A stretch of 64,000 nucleotides of DNA, taken from positions 105,090,001 to 105,154,000 of the forward strand of contig NC_043006.1 of assembly GCF_006345805.1 (NCBI RefSeq), read 5' to 3'. Below are positions 13,441 through 26,135 of this stretch, piece after piece (the first letter of the stretch is position 1; each line of letters starts with the position of its first letter). Origin of the DNA: Octopus sinensis (Eukaryota). The notes below the pieces were generated by a model. That model had not been told where the DNA came from. It made no database searches and saw only the letters and a list, made by a program, of their open reading frames with translations. Position numbers and translations under genes: made by a program.

Positions 13441-13989
13441 TTATATAAACACAATTAGGTTTGATATCTATAAGTATATATGCATATACACTCATTGATA
13501 TATGCAGAGATATACCTAAATATGTTCTGAAAATAAGCATATATGTACAGGCGTATACATATATATATATTTAAACAAATATATTCACATAGAGCATAAA
13601 AATTCCGATTACTAAGAAGAGAATGCATACATTTTTAACTCGAGAGCTGTTTCTGGAAGCTTGAACTTATCTAATAGACGTATGTTGTCTCCCCTTACTC
13701 ACAACACAGGAACTGAAGAACCAGGACCACAATTACTACTACTTCCTGTCCTGCAAACATGCTGAATTTAACAACACAACACATGCTCTTAATCCCTTTG
13801 GATCTTAACACCTCAAGGTAATTTTTTCGTAAACAACCATAAAACTCAAGATTCACAACGAACTCACAATGTATCGGAGATATTATTTTTTAATTTTTCT
13901 ACATTTTTATCATTATTCTTTTACAAAAAACAATCCAATTTTCTTTTTTTCCCCTTTCTAATTTTTAAAAAAACTTTTTAAAACATAAA

Positions 13990-14030
13990 TATTCTTGATA
14001 AGTCATACAATGACGAAAACCGCTTGAATA
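13990..14030 (+). ncRNA. decayed minimal type I hammerhead ribozyme
   Basis: TATTC-TTGATAA-GTCA/TACAA/TGAC-GAAA-ACCGCTT-GAATA. Helices I and II pair, but the core carries substitutions. Confidence 0.5.
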
Positions 14031-14122
14031 AATATATATTTATATATTTTATCAATTTCTCATTTTATTAAAATTTTCTTTCATTTGAGCATTCTGCATT
14101 TTCAAAAAAATTTTTCCTTACT

Positions 14123-14125
<3 letters not shown>

Positions 14126-14156
<31 letters not shown>

Positions 14157-14417
14157 GTGAATGTGTGTGTATATGTACATATATATATACATATATGTGG
14201 GTAGGTGTGTGTATATATATATGTATGTGTAGGTGTGTGTGTGTATGAGTATGTATGTATGTATACACGCATGTGTATATATATGTATATATATGTATAT
14301 ATATATATATGTATATGTATGTGTGTATATGTATATATATGTGTGTGTGTGTATGTGTGTATATGTATGTATATATATATATATATGTATATGTGTGTAT
14401 GTGTATGTGTGTGTATG

Positions 14418-14480
<63 letters not shown>

Positions 14481-16266
14481 TTGTATGTATATATATGTAT
14501 ATGTATGTGTGTGTGTATGTGTATATGTACATATACGTGTACGCTCGTGTGTTTATGTATATGTAGGTACGTAGAGTTATGTATGTATGGATGTATATAT
14601 ACATATATGTAAATAGGTATATATATATATATATATGTGTAAGTTCATATGTATGTATCCGTCTGTATAATGGGTAACTGCACGTATATATACTTAATAT
14701 TTATTATTTATTTTTCGAGTATGCATGTATGTATATGAATAACTGCACGTATATACAGTATATTTTATTATTTATTTTTTGAGTATGCATGTAAGTATAT
14801 GAACATAAGGAGGCGCGTGTGTGTATGTGTAAGCATATGTATAGATATATGTATACTTTTACGCATGTGTGTACTTATGTGTATATATGGATGCGCGTGT
14901 GTGTGTGTGTATGTGTACGCATGTATATGTGTATGTGTGTGTAAGTATATATGTGTATGTATGTGTGTGTGTGTATATATATATGTATATATATATATAT
15001 ATATGTATATGCATATATATGTATATATATGTATATATATATGTATGTGTATATATATGTATATGTATGTGTATGTATGCGTGTATATGTATGTATATGT
15101 ATATGTGTGGGTGTGTGTATGTGTATATATGTATGTATGGGTGTATGTATATGTATGTATATATACGTATATATATATATATATGTGTGTATGTGTATGT
15201 ATTTGTATGTAGGTGTATATGTATGTGTGTATATATATTTATTGGTGTATATGTATGGACTAGTCTTCTGTGGGTGTATTGAGGTATGTATGTGTAAGCG
15301 TGTAGACATTAATCTGTAGGTACGCGTACGTATGTGTATATATGTGAATGTATGTAGATGTATGTATGTATGAATATAACGCGTTCGTGCGTGTATGTGT
15401 ATGAGTGTACGAATGAGTGAGTGTGCGTGCGAATGAGTGTGCGTGCGTGAGTGAGTGCTTGTGGTCGAGTAGAAAGATAAATGGACTTGCTGTCGTCCCC
15501 AGGGGACGATAGACAAGATGCTTGTGACCCGGTCAAAGATAACAAAAGTAATAAATGAAAATAATAATAAAATTAAAATAAGGGAATGGGTTTGTATGTG
15601 TATGTATATGTGTGTATGTGTAGGTATGTATAGGTACACATATGTATATATATGTATATATATATATGTGTATATATGGACATGTGTGTGCATGTGTGTA
15701 TGTATATATGTGTGTGTATGTGTGTATGTGTATGTGTGTGTATGTATATATTTGTGTGTATATGTATGTGTGGGCGTGTGTGTATATATACATGTGTGTA
15801 TATATATATATATATATATGTGTGTGTATATATATATATGTATATATATATATGTATGTATATGTATGTGTGTGTTGTGTGTGTGTGTGTGTGTATATGT
15901 ATACATATGTGTATATGTATAAGTGAGAATCTCCTTATTTACCTAAAACTCTATTCTTCTATTTATTTTTTTATTCTTTTATTTATTCTTTTATCTAATT
16001 TACCACTGACTCCTTGACCACTCCCCTAAGTATGATATTTTTGCGCTATGCCTACCCCCAAAAAGTCCCCCACTACCACCCCTTTAAACCTGCCTAAATG
16101 TATAAATGCCAAAACTATTCTTGTTAACTAGCTTCCTGATGATTTCTCTTGAATGAAACAGTTCTAGCCCTGTAGAAGCTCCTTCTATATAATAAATTAA
16201 TTTTACTCTGCTATGTATTGAGTACCTTATTTACTGTGGTTAACCGCGAATCAACCCGGGACCTAC

Positions 16267-16270
<4 letters not shown>
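14126..16270 (+). mobile_element. GT/TA-rich ~2.1-kb tract ending in an HHR, probably a PLE-derived 3' fragment plus microsatellite
   Basis: A long degenerate (GT/TA) body with unique inserts, then an HHR at 16130-16180 and an AT-rich tail. This matches the layout of the sense strand of the 38.7-46.3 kb PLE. Confidence 0.55.
16130..16180 (+). ncRNA. type I hammerhead ribozyme
   Basis: AGCTTC-CTGATGA-tTTC/TCTT/GAAt-GAAA-CAG/ttctagcc/CTG-TA^GAAGCT. 6-bp helix I, intact core, GUA cleavage triplet. Confidence 0.8.
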
Positions 16271-16299
<29 letters not shown>

Positions 16300-16489
16300 G
16301 AGAGGTATGGTATCCAGAATACCCAAAAGGCAGGTAAGGCTGTGTAAGTGCTACTGATGGACCACTGTTACACTCCCAGTTCAATAGCAGTATGCATATA
16401 TATATGTGTGTATGTGTGTGTGTGTGTTTGTGTGTGGGGTGGGTGGATATATGTGAATATATATATATGAGTCGCCATGATAGATCGCT

Positions 16490-16670
16490 AGCCACTACAC
16501 ATTCTTTATTTTCTCTCGTTGTTTCTCTCTCTGTGTTCCTTTCTGTGGAAGAGCGTAGGCTCGAAACGTTAAAGACTTTTTCACTACCCGAGCGTTATAC
16601 TAATACATTTGTTTGTTGTCTACACCACCTGTCTTCGTCTTTTGTTTTGCTTTGTTTTTATAAATTCTCC

Positions 16671-16672
<2 letters not shown>
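16490..16672 (+). mobile_element. short non-autonomous element family H1 with HHR-like motif at 16539-16574
   Basis: CTTT-CTGTGGAA-GAGC/GTAG/GCTC-GAAAC-GTT-AAAG. A homologous copy lies at 36750-36900. Both abut (TA)n. Confidence 0.7.
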
Positions 16673-16710
<38 letters not shown>

Positions 16711-16989
16711 CGAGAAGCCACTAAAGAGAGAACGTCTAATAAATATTCATATTCTCATATGAATGATTTCTCCATCATTCCCACCTTCTCTCGAAAATAT
16801 AACACATGACAGGGAAATATGAAGAGTACTAGATAAGAAATCTTCTGGTGATGTATTAATTGTCACTTCGCTAAGTGTAAGAAGTCCAATATTCTATTAG
16901 TATTAAATGTAAAGTTTTATATAAACAGATGGCTATGTGGTGTTAACGTGGGCGATGCTATGCTAAGGTGGGGGGAAAGAGCAATATAC

Positions 16990-16998
16990 CTCTCTCTC

Positions 16999-17062
<64 letters not shown>

Positions 17063-17102
17063 TATGTATTTATGCATATATCAATGTATATGAATGTGTC
17101 TG

Positions 17103-17134
<32 letters not shown>

Positions 17135-17410
17135 CATATATATATATACATATGTACATTCATGGATACATAGATACACACACACATACATACATACATA
17201 CATACATACATACATACATACATACATACATACATACATACATACATACATACATAATTACACAGATATATATATATATAGGGTTGAATAAATTGCAATG
17301 CATTTGTGTGTCTTTTTTACTTGCGCGTGACTATGTGTATGTTTGCGTGGGTGTTTGCGTGGGTGTTAGCGTGGGTGTTTGCGTGGGTGTTTGCGTGGGT
17401 GTTTGCGCGA
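16990..17410. repeat. (TA)n/(CATA)n microsatellite plus a 12-bp (GTGGGTGTTTGC)n minisatellite at ~17338-17410
   Basis: Directly visible. Confidence 0.9.
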
Positions 17411-17679
17411 GTGCTTAAAGCTACGTTCGCGTGTGAGATATGTCAAGATATTATATTGTTATTTGTCTGAACCTCATGAGATATTCCGTATTTAGCTTCC
17501 CACGCGTTTTTATTTTCGTCATATTCACTACACTAAGGGCCTTCATGTTGTTGCTCTTGTTGTTGCTGTTTCTATTCTTAAATATGATTACGCATTTTAA
17601 CACATGGCAATCAATATTATTCTTAAATACTAATAAATGTTTACAGTCGTCATTTTTGGCGATAATTAAAACGGCAGAG

Positions 17680-17990
17680 TTGTGAGCACACCGGACAAAT
17701 GCTTAACGGCGTTTCGTCCGGATTCACGCTACGATTTCAAATTCCGGCAAGGTTGATTTTGCATTTCATCTTTTCGGGGTCGATAAAATAAGTACCAGTT
17801 GAAAGCTGGGGTCAATATAATTGACTTACACTTCACCCCCGGAAATTGTTAGCCCTGTGCCATAATTTGAAAGCCTTGTAATACTTACAGCCGTGAGTTA
17901 GCAGAATTTTTATCTCGCCGGACGCATGCTCAGCGGCACTTCCTCCATCTTTGTGTTGTATGTTCAAATTCTGCCGAGGTGGACTCTCGA
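17680..17990 (+). mobile_element. two adjacent degraded S1 SINE copies
   Basis: Each has the TTCAAATTC...GAGGT(T/G)GA core. Confidence 0.7.
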
Positions 17991-19640
17991 TTTTTGTCTG
18001 TCTCCTCTTTCTTTCTATTTATTTCTGATCTTCTGGAACAAATCTGATGTTATCAAAGAGGGATATGAATGAGCTCCACCAATTCTAAAAGTGCTTAGGA
18101 TACACCGTATGTCGTAATGCCAGCATCACTGCGATTTCATCAAGAATTTAAATAACGAAGGTGAGACCAAGCATTATTAATACTGGGAATATCTTTGAGA
18201 CTATGGATCCAAACTCTGTTTATGTACTTAATTGGTTAAATTATACCCGTATATATTAATCTTCTTTTAATTGGATTACATGTTATATTAGTACATAAAT
18301 ATGTGTGTGAATGTGATTAAGTTTGATGTATCTGGACGCAATATGTTTTCACTGTACGCTTCAGCGCAGTGATGCTTAATGTAACTCGTCTGAAATAATA
18401 TTCAATATTTTAAAGTATAATTGAAAAAAAGTTTTCATAAATGTTAATGAAAATTTATATAGAAATGGAAACAAAATGAGAACTCTAAAAGTTTCTGTCG
18501 ATCAGCAATTAAAACAGTGATATGCAAATCTGAATGAAATTTATCTTTTGTTAGTATGGTAACAACAACGGAGATGTTTCGATCTTATTAAACCTCATCA
18601 ACGAAGTATAGCCCACTCATAGTTTCTAAAGATTTTAGTTGACCAATGTAGCCAATTAGGAATATCTTTAGAACGTCGTATCGATTTTTTAAAATAATAG
18701 TTCCAGCTCAAAGTGCTCTGACTTCCAACTTTGTTGAGTTCAAATGTGGCCTTTCATCTATTAAGGTTTTATAAAATATCAATCATGTTGTAGAGACTTT
18801 ATTTGAATTCACATCTAAAACCATGCTGCAGCTTTTAACCAGTGTCTTCGAAAATAATTCCCGTGTGATAATTGTTCATTATATATATATATATATATAT
18901 GAAATAAAATAAACTAACACTACAGCTCAGTTTTGATCCATCAGTTATATTCCATTTGTATTTGACCTACAAATATAAATATTAGTCAAGCAATTACGTC
19001 ACCAGCCATTCTAATGATAACAATAAATCAAAAGCGATCAAGAATACAGAGATGTCGAAAATCTAGGAAAGACTCTAGGTTCCACTTACTAGTCGGGTTA
19101 TGTAAACATCCTACAATTTCACTTTGGAAAATTATGCACATTTTATTAGGCACATTGATTGTATTAACCACTTCAAGAATTCCGCATTTTAAGCCCTTTA
19201 TTTATCATTCAATGATATGCATTTGACTGATCATAACACCAAATATGTGCAACTTTGAAATCCGTTTGAAATGGAAAACCCTGGTTGCGAAATCATACCT
19301 ATGAATGTTTTTTTTTTTATTTCTTTGCATTTTTATTTGTTGGTGAAAATAACTAAAAGTTCTGAAAGGCCGAAACGGTGAACCTTTGTCCTTCTGTCTT
19401 GTGTTATTCATGCATTGAGAGCAACCAGTAAAACTTGAAAGAAGAATGGTTAAGTGACCGAACACACCTCCAAATTCATAAATTTTGATTGCATCTCGTC
19501 AATGCATGCAAGAATCTTCCGGTTTGTAGCCTGCCTGGTTATAATCTATTCACTGTAAGCCTAATGTTCATTGTTACTCTCAGGTCACTTTAAGTTGTAT
19601 TCTTTGGATTATTAGCTTAAAATATGTTACTGTTCATCTA

Positions 19641-19835
19641 CGAGGGGGTACCGAAACGTTCCCGCCCTTGGGAAACAGAAAATACAGGAGGATCAGTTAA
19701 TTATGTTTCAACATATTCCCCTCTCAGATTCAGTGGTCCTTCAGCTTTTCAAAGCCTTGTAAAAGAACTCGGAAGTTTTGGCCTCCAACCAGACCTTTGG
19801 TGACACCCTTAAAAACAGGAACTTAGAGCCAGCAG
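19641..19835. mobile_element. mariner-derived MITE, degraded
   Basis: Starts TA|CGAGGG and resembles 30437-30649 in organisation. Confidence 0.55.
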
Positions 19836-19935
19836 CTATTCATATTTCTACTGTCGTATTTCTACTGTCATCACAGCAGAGACCAGTGTATGTGTAGCAT
19901 ATTTCTGTGGGATTATTGCTGAAGACACAATTTAT

Positions 19936-19968
<33 letters not shown>

Positions 19969-20628
19969 ATGACATATAATTAGTCATGATTACGAGGTGG
20001 CACCCACAAAATTTTACTTGCATAGTGATGCCGTTCTATTAAGTTCACAAGATGCATCCAGTATTGAAAATTACGGATTATCTCATTATAATGAATTTAA
20101 ACTGTAAATTATAATTTATGTTCGAAACATCAAATTCCGCCATGGACCAAATTCGATCAACTCTTTTACGACTGATTCGCTACACATAAATAAAAACATA
20201 ATTGTAAGATGAGGAGGAATTGCACAAAAAATATTTTATATGACGATGACATAGCAAAGTGGAACAATTACAAAAATACATTTACGAATGATGTCAGTGT
20301 TGACTATTTAGTTACAGTCACAACATGTGTGAAAATGTGAACAAGCATATAGAAGAGGAAATAAGGGAATGTGAAAGGATAGGTGAAAAATTGAGAGGAA
20401 TAGAAAACAAGAGAAAGGATAAATAAAAAATGAAAGAAATTTGGGAACGACAGTTGGAGACGTAGTGGTAGTTATAGAGTTGTAGGGATAGCGTGAGGAT
20501 AACTTTAAATAATGAAGCGAGAGGTAAAAGAGTAAATTTTGAAGAAATTAGAAGTAAAGATAGAAAGGAAGTAAGCAACAAAGAGTATGAGTTAGAGGGA
20601 GACAAAGAAAGAAGTCAGCTGGTATGCG

Positions 20629-20666
<38 letters not shown>

Positions 20667-21884
20667 AAAAATTAAAAGGGAAGATTGAGAGCTTGAGGGA
20701 TAAATAAAAGAAAGTATGTAAGCACCAAAATTCTCTACGAGAATGTTTAGAGGAGTAAGCTACAAGTTTTCAAGAGATGATGGCGAAGTTTGATATGAAA
20801 GTAGCTCTTTATATATACTACGAAGAGAGGGGAGAGGTCGAGAGAGTGAAGGGGAGTTGGCGCTAAAAGCATTACATCTGTTTGTGAGATGATGAGCAAA
20901 TACAAACCGGATCTTTGTGGTTATCATCGCTGTCTACAATTTTGTTCCAATTGTTTTCAAATTTGGTATATGGATTAAGTTTTGTATACTAATCATGAAA
21001 ATGAAATTCATTTTTCCTATAACTTCATAATTAAAAACTTATTAATCTTTAAAATTTGCAGCATTTAGGTATTTTTGCCCGTTAGAAGCGAGTAATTTAC
21101 ACATCGCCGTAAAGTTCTTTTAGCATATTAAGCAAAGAAGCACTAAAAGATGCTTCACATGCGCACAAGGAGTGTAACCACCAAATTGAATATAATCAAC
21201 AAATTGAAAGTACCTGAGTATCTTTAAAGAGTGGAAACAAACGCCGGTGTAGGACACACCGTTCCATGGTTGACACTTATCTTTGTGAATTTATGTGGAG
21301 AAGACATGAGAAAGATAATTGGAATGTACTCCAAACTCTCGTTCTTGAGTTTTTGACTAATAAATATCTGTTTGAAGCAATGTTTGACTGTTATTTCTAG
21401 CAACTCCAGTTGGTCTGCTCGAATCTTTTAAATATTTAATTTACTCGCGAATCTTTCAATGTTTTTCACTGTTTACTGTAACTAGATAAATGTTTTGACA
21501 TGCCGCCCCCACCCCCACCCCCGCCCTCTTTCTCGCTACTGTGACAGGTAATGGCTGGAAATTCTGAAAATTATCAAACTTTCAACACCTGTAAAATGAA
21601 AACAAATTTTTTCTGCAATAAATAAATAACAAATTCGGATTCAACGTCAAAAATTACATCTCGACATGCAGTGACGATAACCACAAAGATCCCACAAGGT
21701 ATTTCCTAAATATGTATACTAGATATAATCTACAATTATGCATACACCCATATGTGCATGTATGTATATACATGCGTGTGTGTGCGCGCGTGCGTGTAGG
21801 CCACTCTGTTTACATGTATATTGTAGCAATATTTAAATATATGTTCTTGCGCTTTTGTACGTGTATATATATATATATATACGT

Positions 21885-22100
21885 TCATTCAAAATGTGAC
21901 CGCGTGTGTACCGTTGGCGATTTTTTCCTCCGTCTTCCCTTCCTTGAATCTTTCCTTTTCCTATGTTTCTGACGAAGAGCTCCACTCGAAATGTTAAGTC
22001 CTCCTTCTTTCCCTTCCTGAGCGTCCAAAAACACTATACTTGTTCCACGTCCTCACGTTGTTGTCTTTTCTCTTTGTGTTTTCATGTTTGGATTAACTTC
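21885..22100 (+). mobile_element. short non-autonomous element family H2 with HHR-like motif at 21966-21998
   Basis: TTT-CTGACGA-A-GAGC/TCC/ACTC-GAAAT-GTT-AAG. Homologues at 33970-34190 (-) and 53180-53400 (+, divergent). All are embedded in (TA)n or TA-rich sequence. Confidence 0.75.
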
Positions 22101-22121
22101 ACATATATATATATATGTGTG

Positions 22122-22154
<33 letters not shown>

Positions 22155-22246
22155 ATATGTATATATATGCATGTATATATGTATGTATATATATATGTAA
22201 ATATATATATATATATACGAGAAAGAAGCAACAAGAATGGATTAGT

Positions 22247-22337
22247 TTTTAGTACAATTGTTTCACACAAAGACAGGCTTTATTACAAGTTGCAAAAATT
22301 GCAGCAGATAAAAGTGTCCCGTACTCATCAGCTAAAA
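22247..22337 (-). ncRNA. HHR-like RNA with enlarged helix II
   Basis: Minus strand: TTTTAG-CTGATGA-[60 nt]-GAAAC-AATT-GTA^CTAAAA. Perfect 6-bp helix I and palindromic ACAATTGT helix III. Confidence 0.6.
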
Positions 22338-22449
22338 TACATTTGAGTTCTCTAGACATCTTAGTGGGTGAGGTTATACTCATGAAATATTGGAGATAGT
22401 TCCATTAGAGGCAGATATAGGTTGTAAACATTTTTCCAAAGTTCCTCAT

Positions 22450-22456
22450 TATATAG

Positions 22457-22494
<38 letters not shown>

Positions 22495-22617
22495 GTATAT
22501 ATATATGTATTATATATATATATTGTATATATATGTATATGTATGTATATATATATGTATATGTATGTATATATATATATGTATGTATATATATATATGT
22601 CTATATATATATATATG

Positions 22618-22649
<32 letters not shown>

Positions 22650-22653
22650 ATAT

Positions 22654-22695
<42 letters not shown>

Positions 22696-22795
22696 TATTA
22701 ATATATATATGTATATATATATATATATATATTTATTATATATGTATATACATATGTATATGTATATATATATATATAAATATATGTATGTATAA
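22450..22795. repeat. (TA)n-rich microsatellite
   Basis: Directly visible. Confidence 0.95.
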
Positions 22796-23324
22796 GATTG
22801 GTGGCGCTTGAAGCTTCATAATTAAACAATTTAGGTTTGGGCTCTAATGCTAATCGCCTTTATACCTGATGGTCGTTCATATTCGAGTGTAGGCTGTGAT
22901 ATAATACAAAGAGCACAGCGATAACAAGAGAAAAGAACATGAGCATTGACTTAGCACTCTTGTATTTTTTTTGTTGCTTTCGTTTTATTATTCATCAACA
23001 CATAGCGTCACACTATAGGTGTTACCAGTCGATGCACCCTGCAGCGCTAGCATGGTCAGCGAGATCAAACATCGGCTAGTAATGTAGGAAGAACTCCATA
23101 ACTGTCTGATGGCGTGTTTGCTCACCATGCTTATTCTGTAAAGTGCATCTATTTCCTGTAGCTCTAGTCTGACATCGTGTTGCGGAATACTGAAACATAT
23201 GTAACATTCGAAATGGAGGGGCGCTAGGTCAATGTCCAAGTTCTTTCCTCTATATATCTATACATATATATGCTTATGTATATTCACATATTTATATGTA
23301 TATGCATGTGTGTGTGTGTGTGTG

Positions 23325-23356
23325 TTGATAGATAGATATATAGAAAGATAGATAGG

Positions 23357-23395
<39 letters not shown>

Positions 23396-23399
23396 GTAC

Positions 23400-23468
<69 letters not shown>

Positions 23469-23505
23469 CAGATAGATAGATAGGTAGGTAGGTAGGTAGG
23501 TAGGT
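23325..23505. repeat. (GATA)n/(GGTA)n microsatellite
   Basis: Directly visible. Confidence 0.95.
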
Positions 23506-23718
23506 GTTGGTATGATACAGTGGTTTGTATCAAGGAAATATGTTACTACTATTAAATCCAGGATAATTGATAAGTTAACTCGGTTGAAATCCAAATTAAG
23601 TCCTAAGTCGTCTACGGATCTGCTGTAGTTATGAAATACAATGTCTTCCTGACTCTTCCGTCTTTCCATCAAATATAACATATTTTAGACTATATTATCC
23701 TATGTTTTTTTTTATTTA

Positions 23719-24025
23719 TACGCCCTTTTTAAGCCTAGCCAAGCTCATGGGCCCGGTTTCCCGGTTTCTGTGGCGTATGTGTTCCCCCCAGCTGGATGGG
23801 ACGCCAGGCCATCGCAGCGTTGCTCAAGAAACAGAAAGAAAGAGTGAGAGAAAGTTGTGTGGTGAAAGAGTACAACAGGGGTCGCCACCATCCCCTGCCG
23901 GAGCCTCGTGGAGCTTTAGGTGCTTTCGCTCAATAAACACACACAACGCCCTGTCCAGGAATCGAAACCGCGATCCTCCGACCGCGAGTCCGCTGCCCTA
24001 ACCACTGGGCCATTGCGCTTCCACA
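23719..24025 (-). mobile_element. tRNA-derived SINE family D
   Basis: Minus strand: GGAAGCGCAATGGCCCAGTGGTTAGGGCAGCGGACTCGCGGTCGGAGGATCGCGGTTTCGATTCC, containing A and B boxes. Confidence 0.85.
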
Positions 24026-24756
24026 TATTATCCTATGTGGTGGTTATATAATGATAGGACTTATAAACAATTTAGCTGCTGTTTCTAGCAGGACGAACGA
24101 GAACGTAGGGGCTCGTTCATTCGCTTTACAGCAGCGGTGTTAAACTGGGCAAAATATTAAGTCCTGCACACTTATTCGATTAATAAATAATCATAGGAGA
24201 TTGTCACACATCTCGAGCAAAATGTTTCGTAAACACTCAATAAATGAGCTAAACAATGAGATGGCGTACAAATAATATGCTTTGTTTGAGGCAAATTCGG
24301 TGCCCACAAAATATAACAGACGTATGTCCACAAAACAGCAAACACGATACTTCATAAATAAATAAAGAAGGCAAGATATTAGTTATAGTACGTTGCATTA
24401 GTCTCTTGAAATTCAATAAAGGAAATATTTATAGAATTTCTAAGTCAGAATTCTCTCTATTGTGCCAAGATATTCTAGTATTGCTTGCTGTATTAATTAA
24501 CTATAGAGCGCGTACCGAAATATTTTTGGTTTGTAGTCTCATGCACTTTAAACGTAATTGTGTTATGATAGATTTTCTTGCTTTCAAGATAATTCCATCA
24601 TTTTATCTTTCTTCAATATCTCGTGAGCTTTTCATAGAACAAGCAACCGTTGTCTGTCATTACGCGCATACACACAAACGTACTCGCACACATTTATAAA
24701 CACACATGAATATTAATATCTGTTTGTGTGCGTGTATAGATATATATGCATGCACA

Positions 24757-24953
24757 TATAGACATCACTAAAGTGACAGAGAGTACGGTGTGTTACCGGC
24801 ATTGCTAGAAATAAGTCAAACCGACTCTCATTCGGTTTGACTCCTATTTCTAGTAAAGCCGGAGTGCTCTTATAGCTAGTGAGTCGGTTTGACTCATGTT
24901 TCTAGTAATACTGGTAAGACATTGTACCCTCTGTCACTTTAGTGACGTCTATA
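24757..24953. mobile_element. MITE with ~70-bp TIRs and an internal hairpin
   Basis: TATAGACATCACTAAAGTGACAGAG... and ...CTCTGTCACTTTAGTGACGTCTATA. TA(TA) at both ends. Confidence 0.85.
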
Positions 24954-25085
24954 AATTTGCCTTTTGAGTTTTACGTAGAAGGTTGAAACGGGACACACGA
25001 GTTGATATATATGGAAAAAAGTGAAGGGTGTTTTAGCCGACCAGATCCTAAAGTAATTTTATAAAAAACATTTCAGGCATGGTAC

Positions 25086-25123
<38 letters not shown>

Positions 25124-25196
25124 TACACACATACATATATACGCATACACATGATGCATGCATACATGTATATGTATATACATGATATATATATAT

Positions 25197-25252
<56 letters not shown>

Positions 25253-25413
25253 ATATATATGCATATATATATATATGCATATATATATATATGGAGGGGT
25301 ATTTTGTGTGTATCTTTGTGTATGACATGTGGTAATGTGCACGTATGTATGCATATGTGTGGCTTGTGTGCCTTGATTACAATTATATCTGTTTTTCTAA
25401 ACACACAGACACG

Positions 25414-25474
<61 letters not shown>

Positions 25475-25759
25475 TATATATATATTATATATATATACCT
25501 ACATATATGTCTTCAAAGAAACGTAAGAGGAGAAACTTTTGAATTTCTTACTATAATTTTCACTATAGCGTTTAAACGATTTGATTTGACAGATGCAAGA
25601 CAGTTTACATTGTGCTTTCGCTAATCCGTTATTATATAACCGTGTGTATTTATGGAAACAAGAGCAAATAAGAATGCATAGGCAGCATACAAAATCTGTA
25701 TGTCCCGTATTAGTGCTCAATTGATATTCTATTTTAAACGAGACATCCACCACCTCCAG

Positions 25760-26135
25760 TCTACTTGTACTTGTGGCGACATTCACCCTGGGCGGGTTGA
25801 GTCGGCTCCTTCTACCACCCTTAAGCCATCTCGAACCATGGCAGTCCACGCACGACGGTCCTGTTCCAGCTCACTAGAGATAGCGAGCTAGTCACGGTTC
25901 CATCGGCGCAGGCCGACCACCTGCGGACCCGTGAGCACGGAGAGGTCCTCCTTGATCGTCGTAACCCAGGTCTTCAGCTGCCCGCCCGCGCATTTCCGCC
26001 AGTTGAGAAGTGGAGTTGGGAGAAGGACATCACGGCTCAGTTCACCCAGTTCTTGAACTGAGCCGTGAACCTCCAGTCTGCCTATATCATGACCTGTGTT
26101 GTCTGTCTCATACACAGCTGTGAGGTTCGTTGCAT
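25760..26135 (-). mobile_element. RTE-like LINE 3' fragment
   Basis: Translation GGQLKTWVTTIKEDL...WNRD...EQDRRAW. The 3' end is the tandem CAAGTACAAGTA. Confidence 0.8.

Noticed and set aside
18569-18603. Degenerate HHR on the minus strand (TTGATGA...GAAACATCTC)
   Set aside because: C3 and helix III are mutated and helix I is only 2 bp.
19641-19665. GAAACGTT motif as an HHR
   Set aside because: It is part of a mariner-type TIR and has no core.
23960-24025. tRNA gene (also 37060-37135)
   Set aside because: The tRNA-like head continues into a SINE body. I could not verify a complete cloverleaf.
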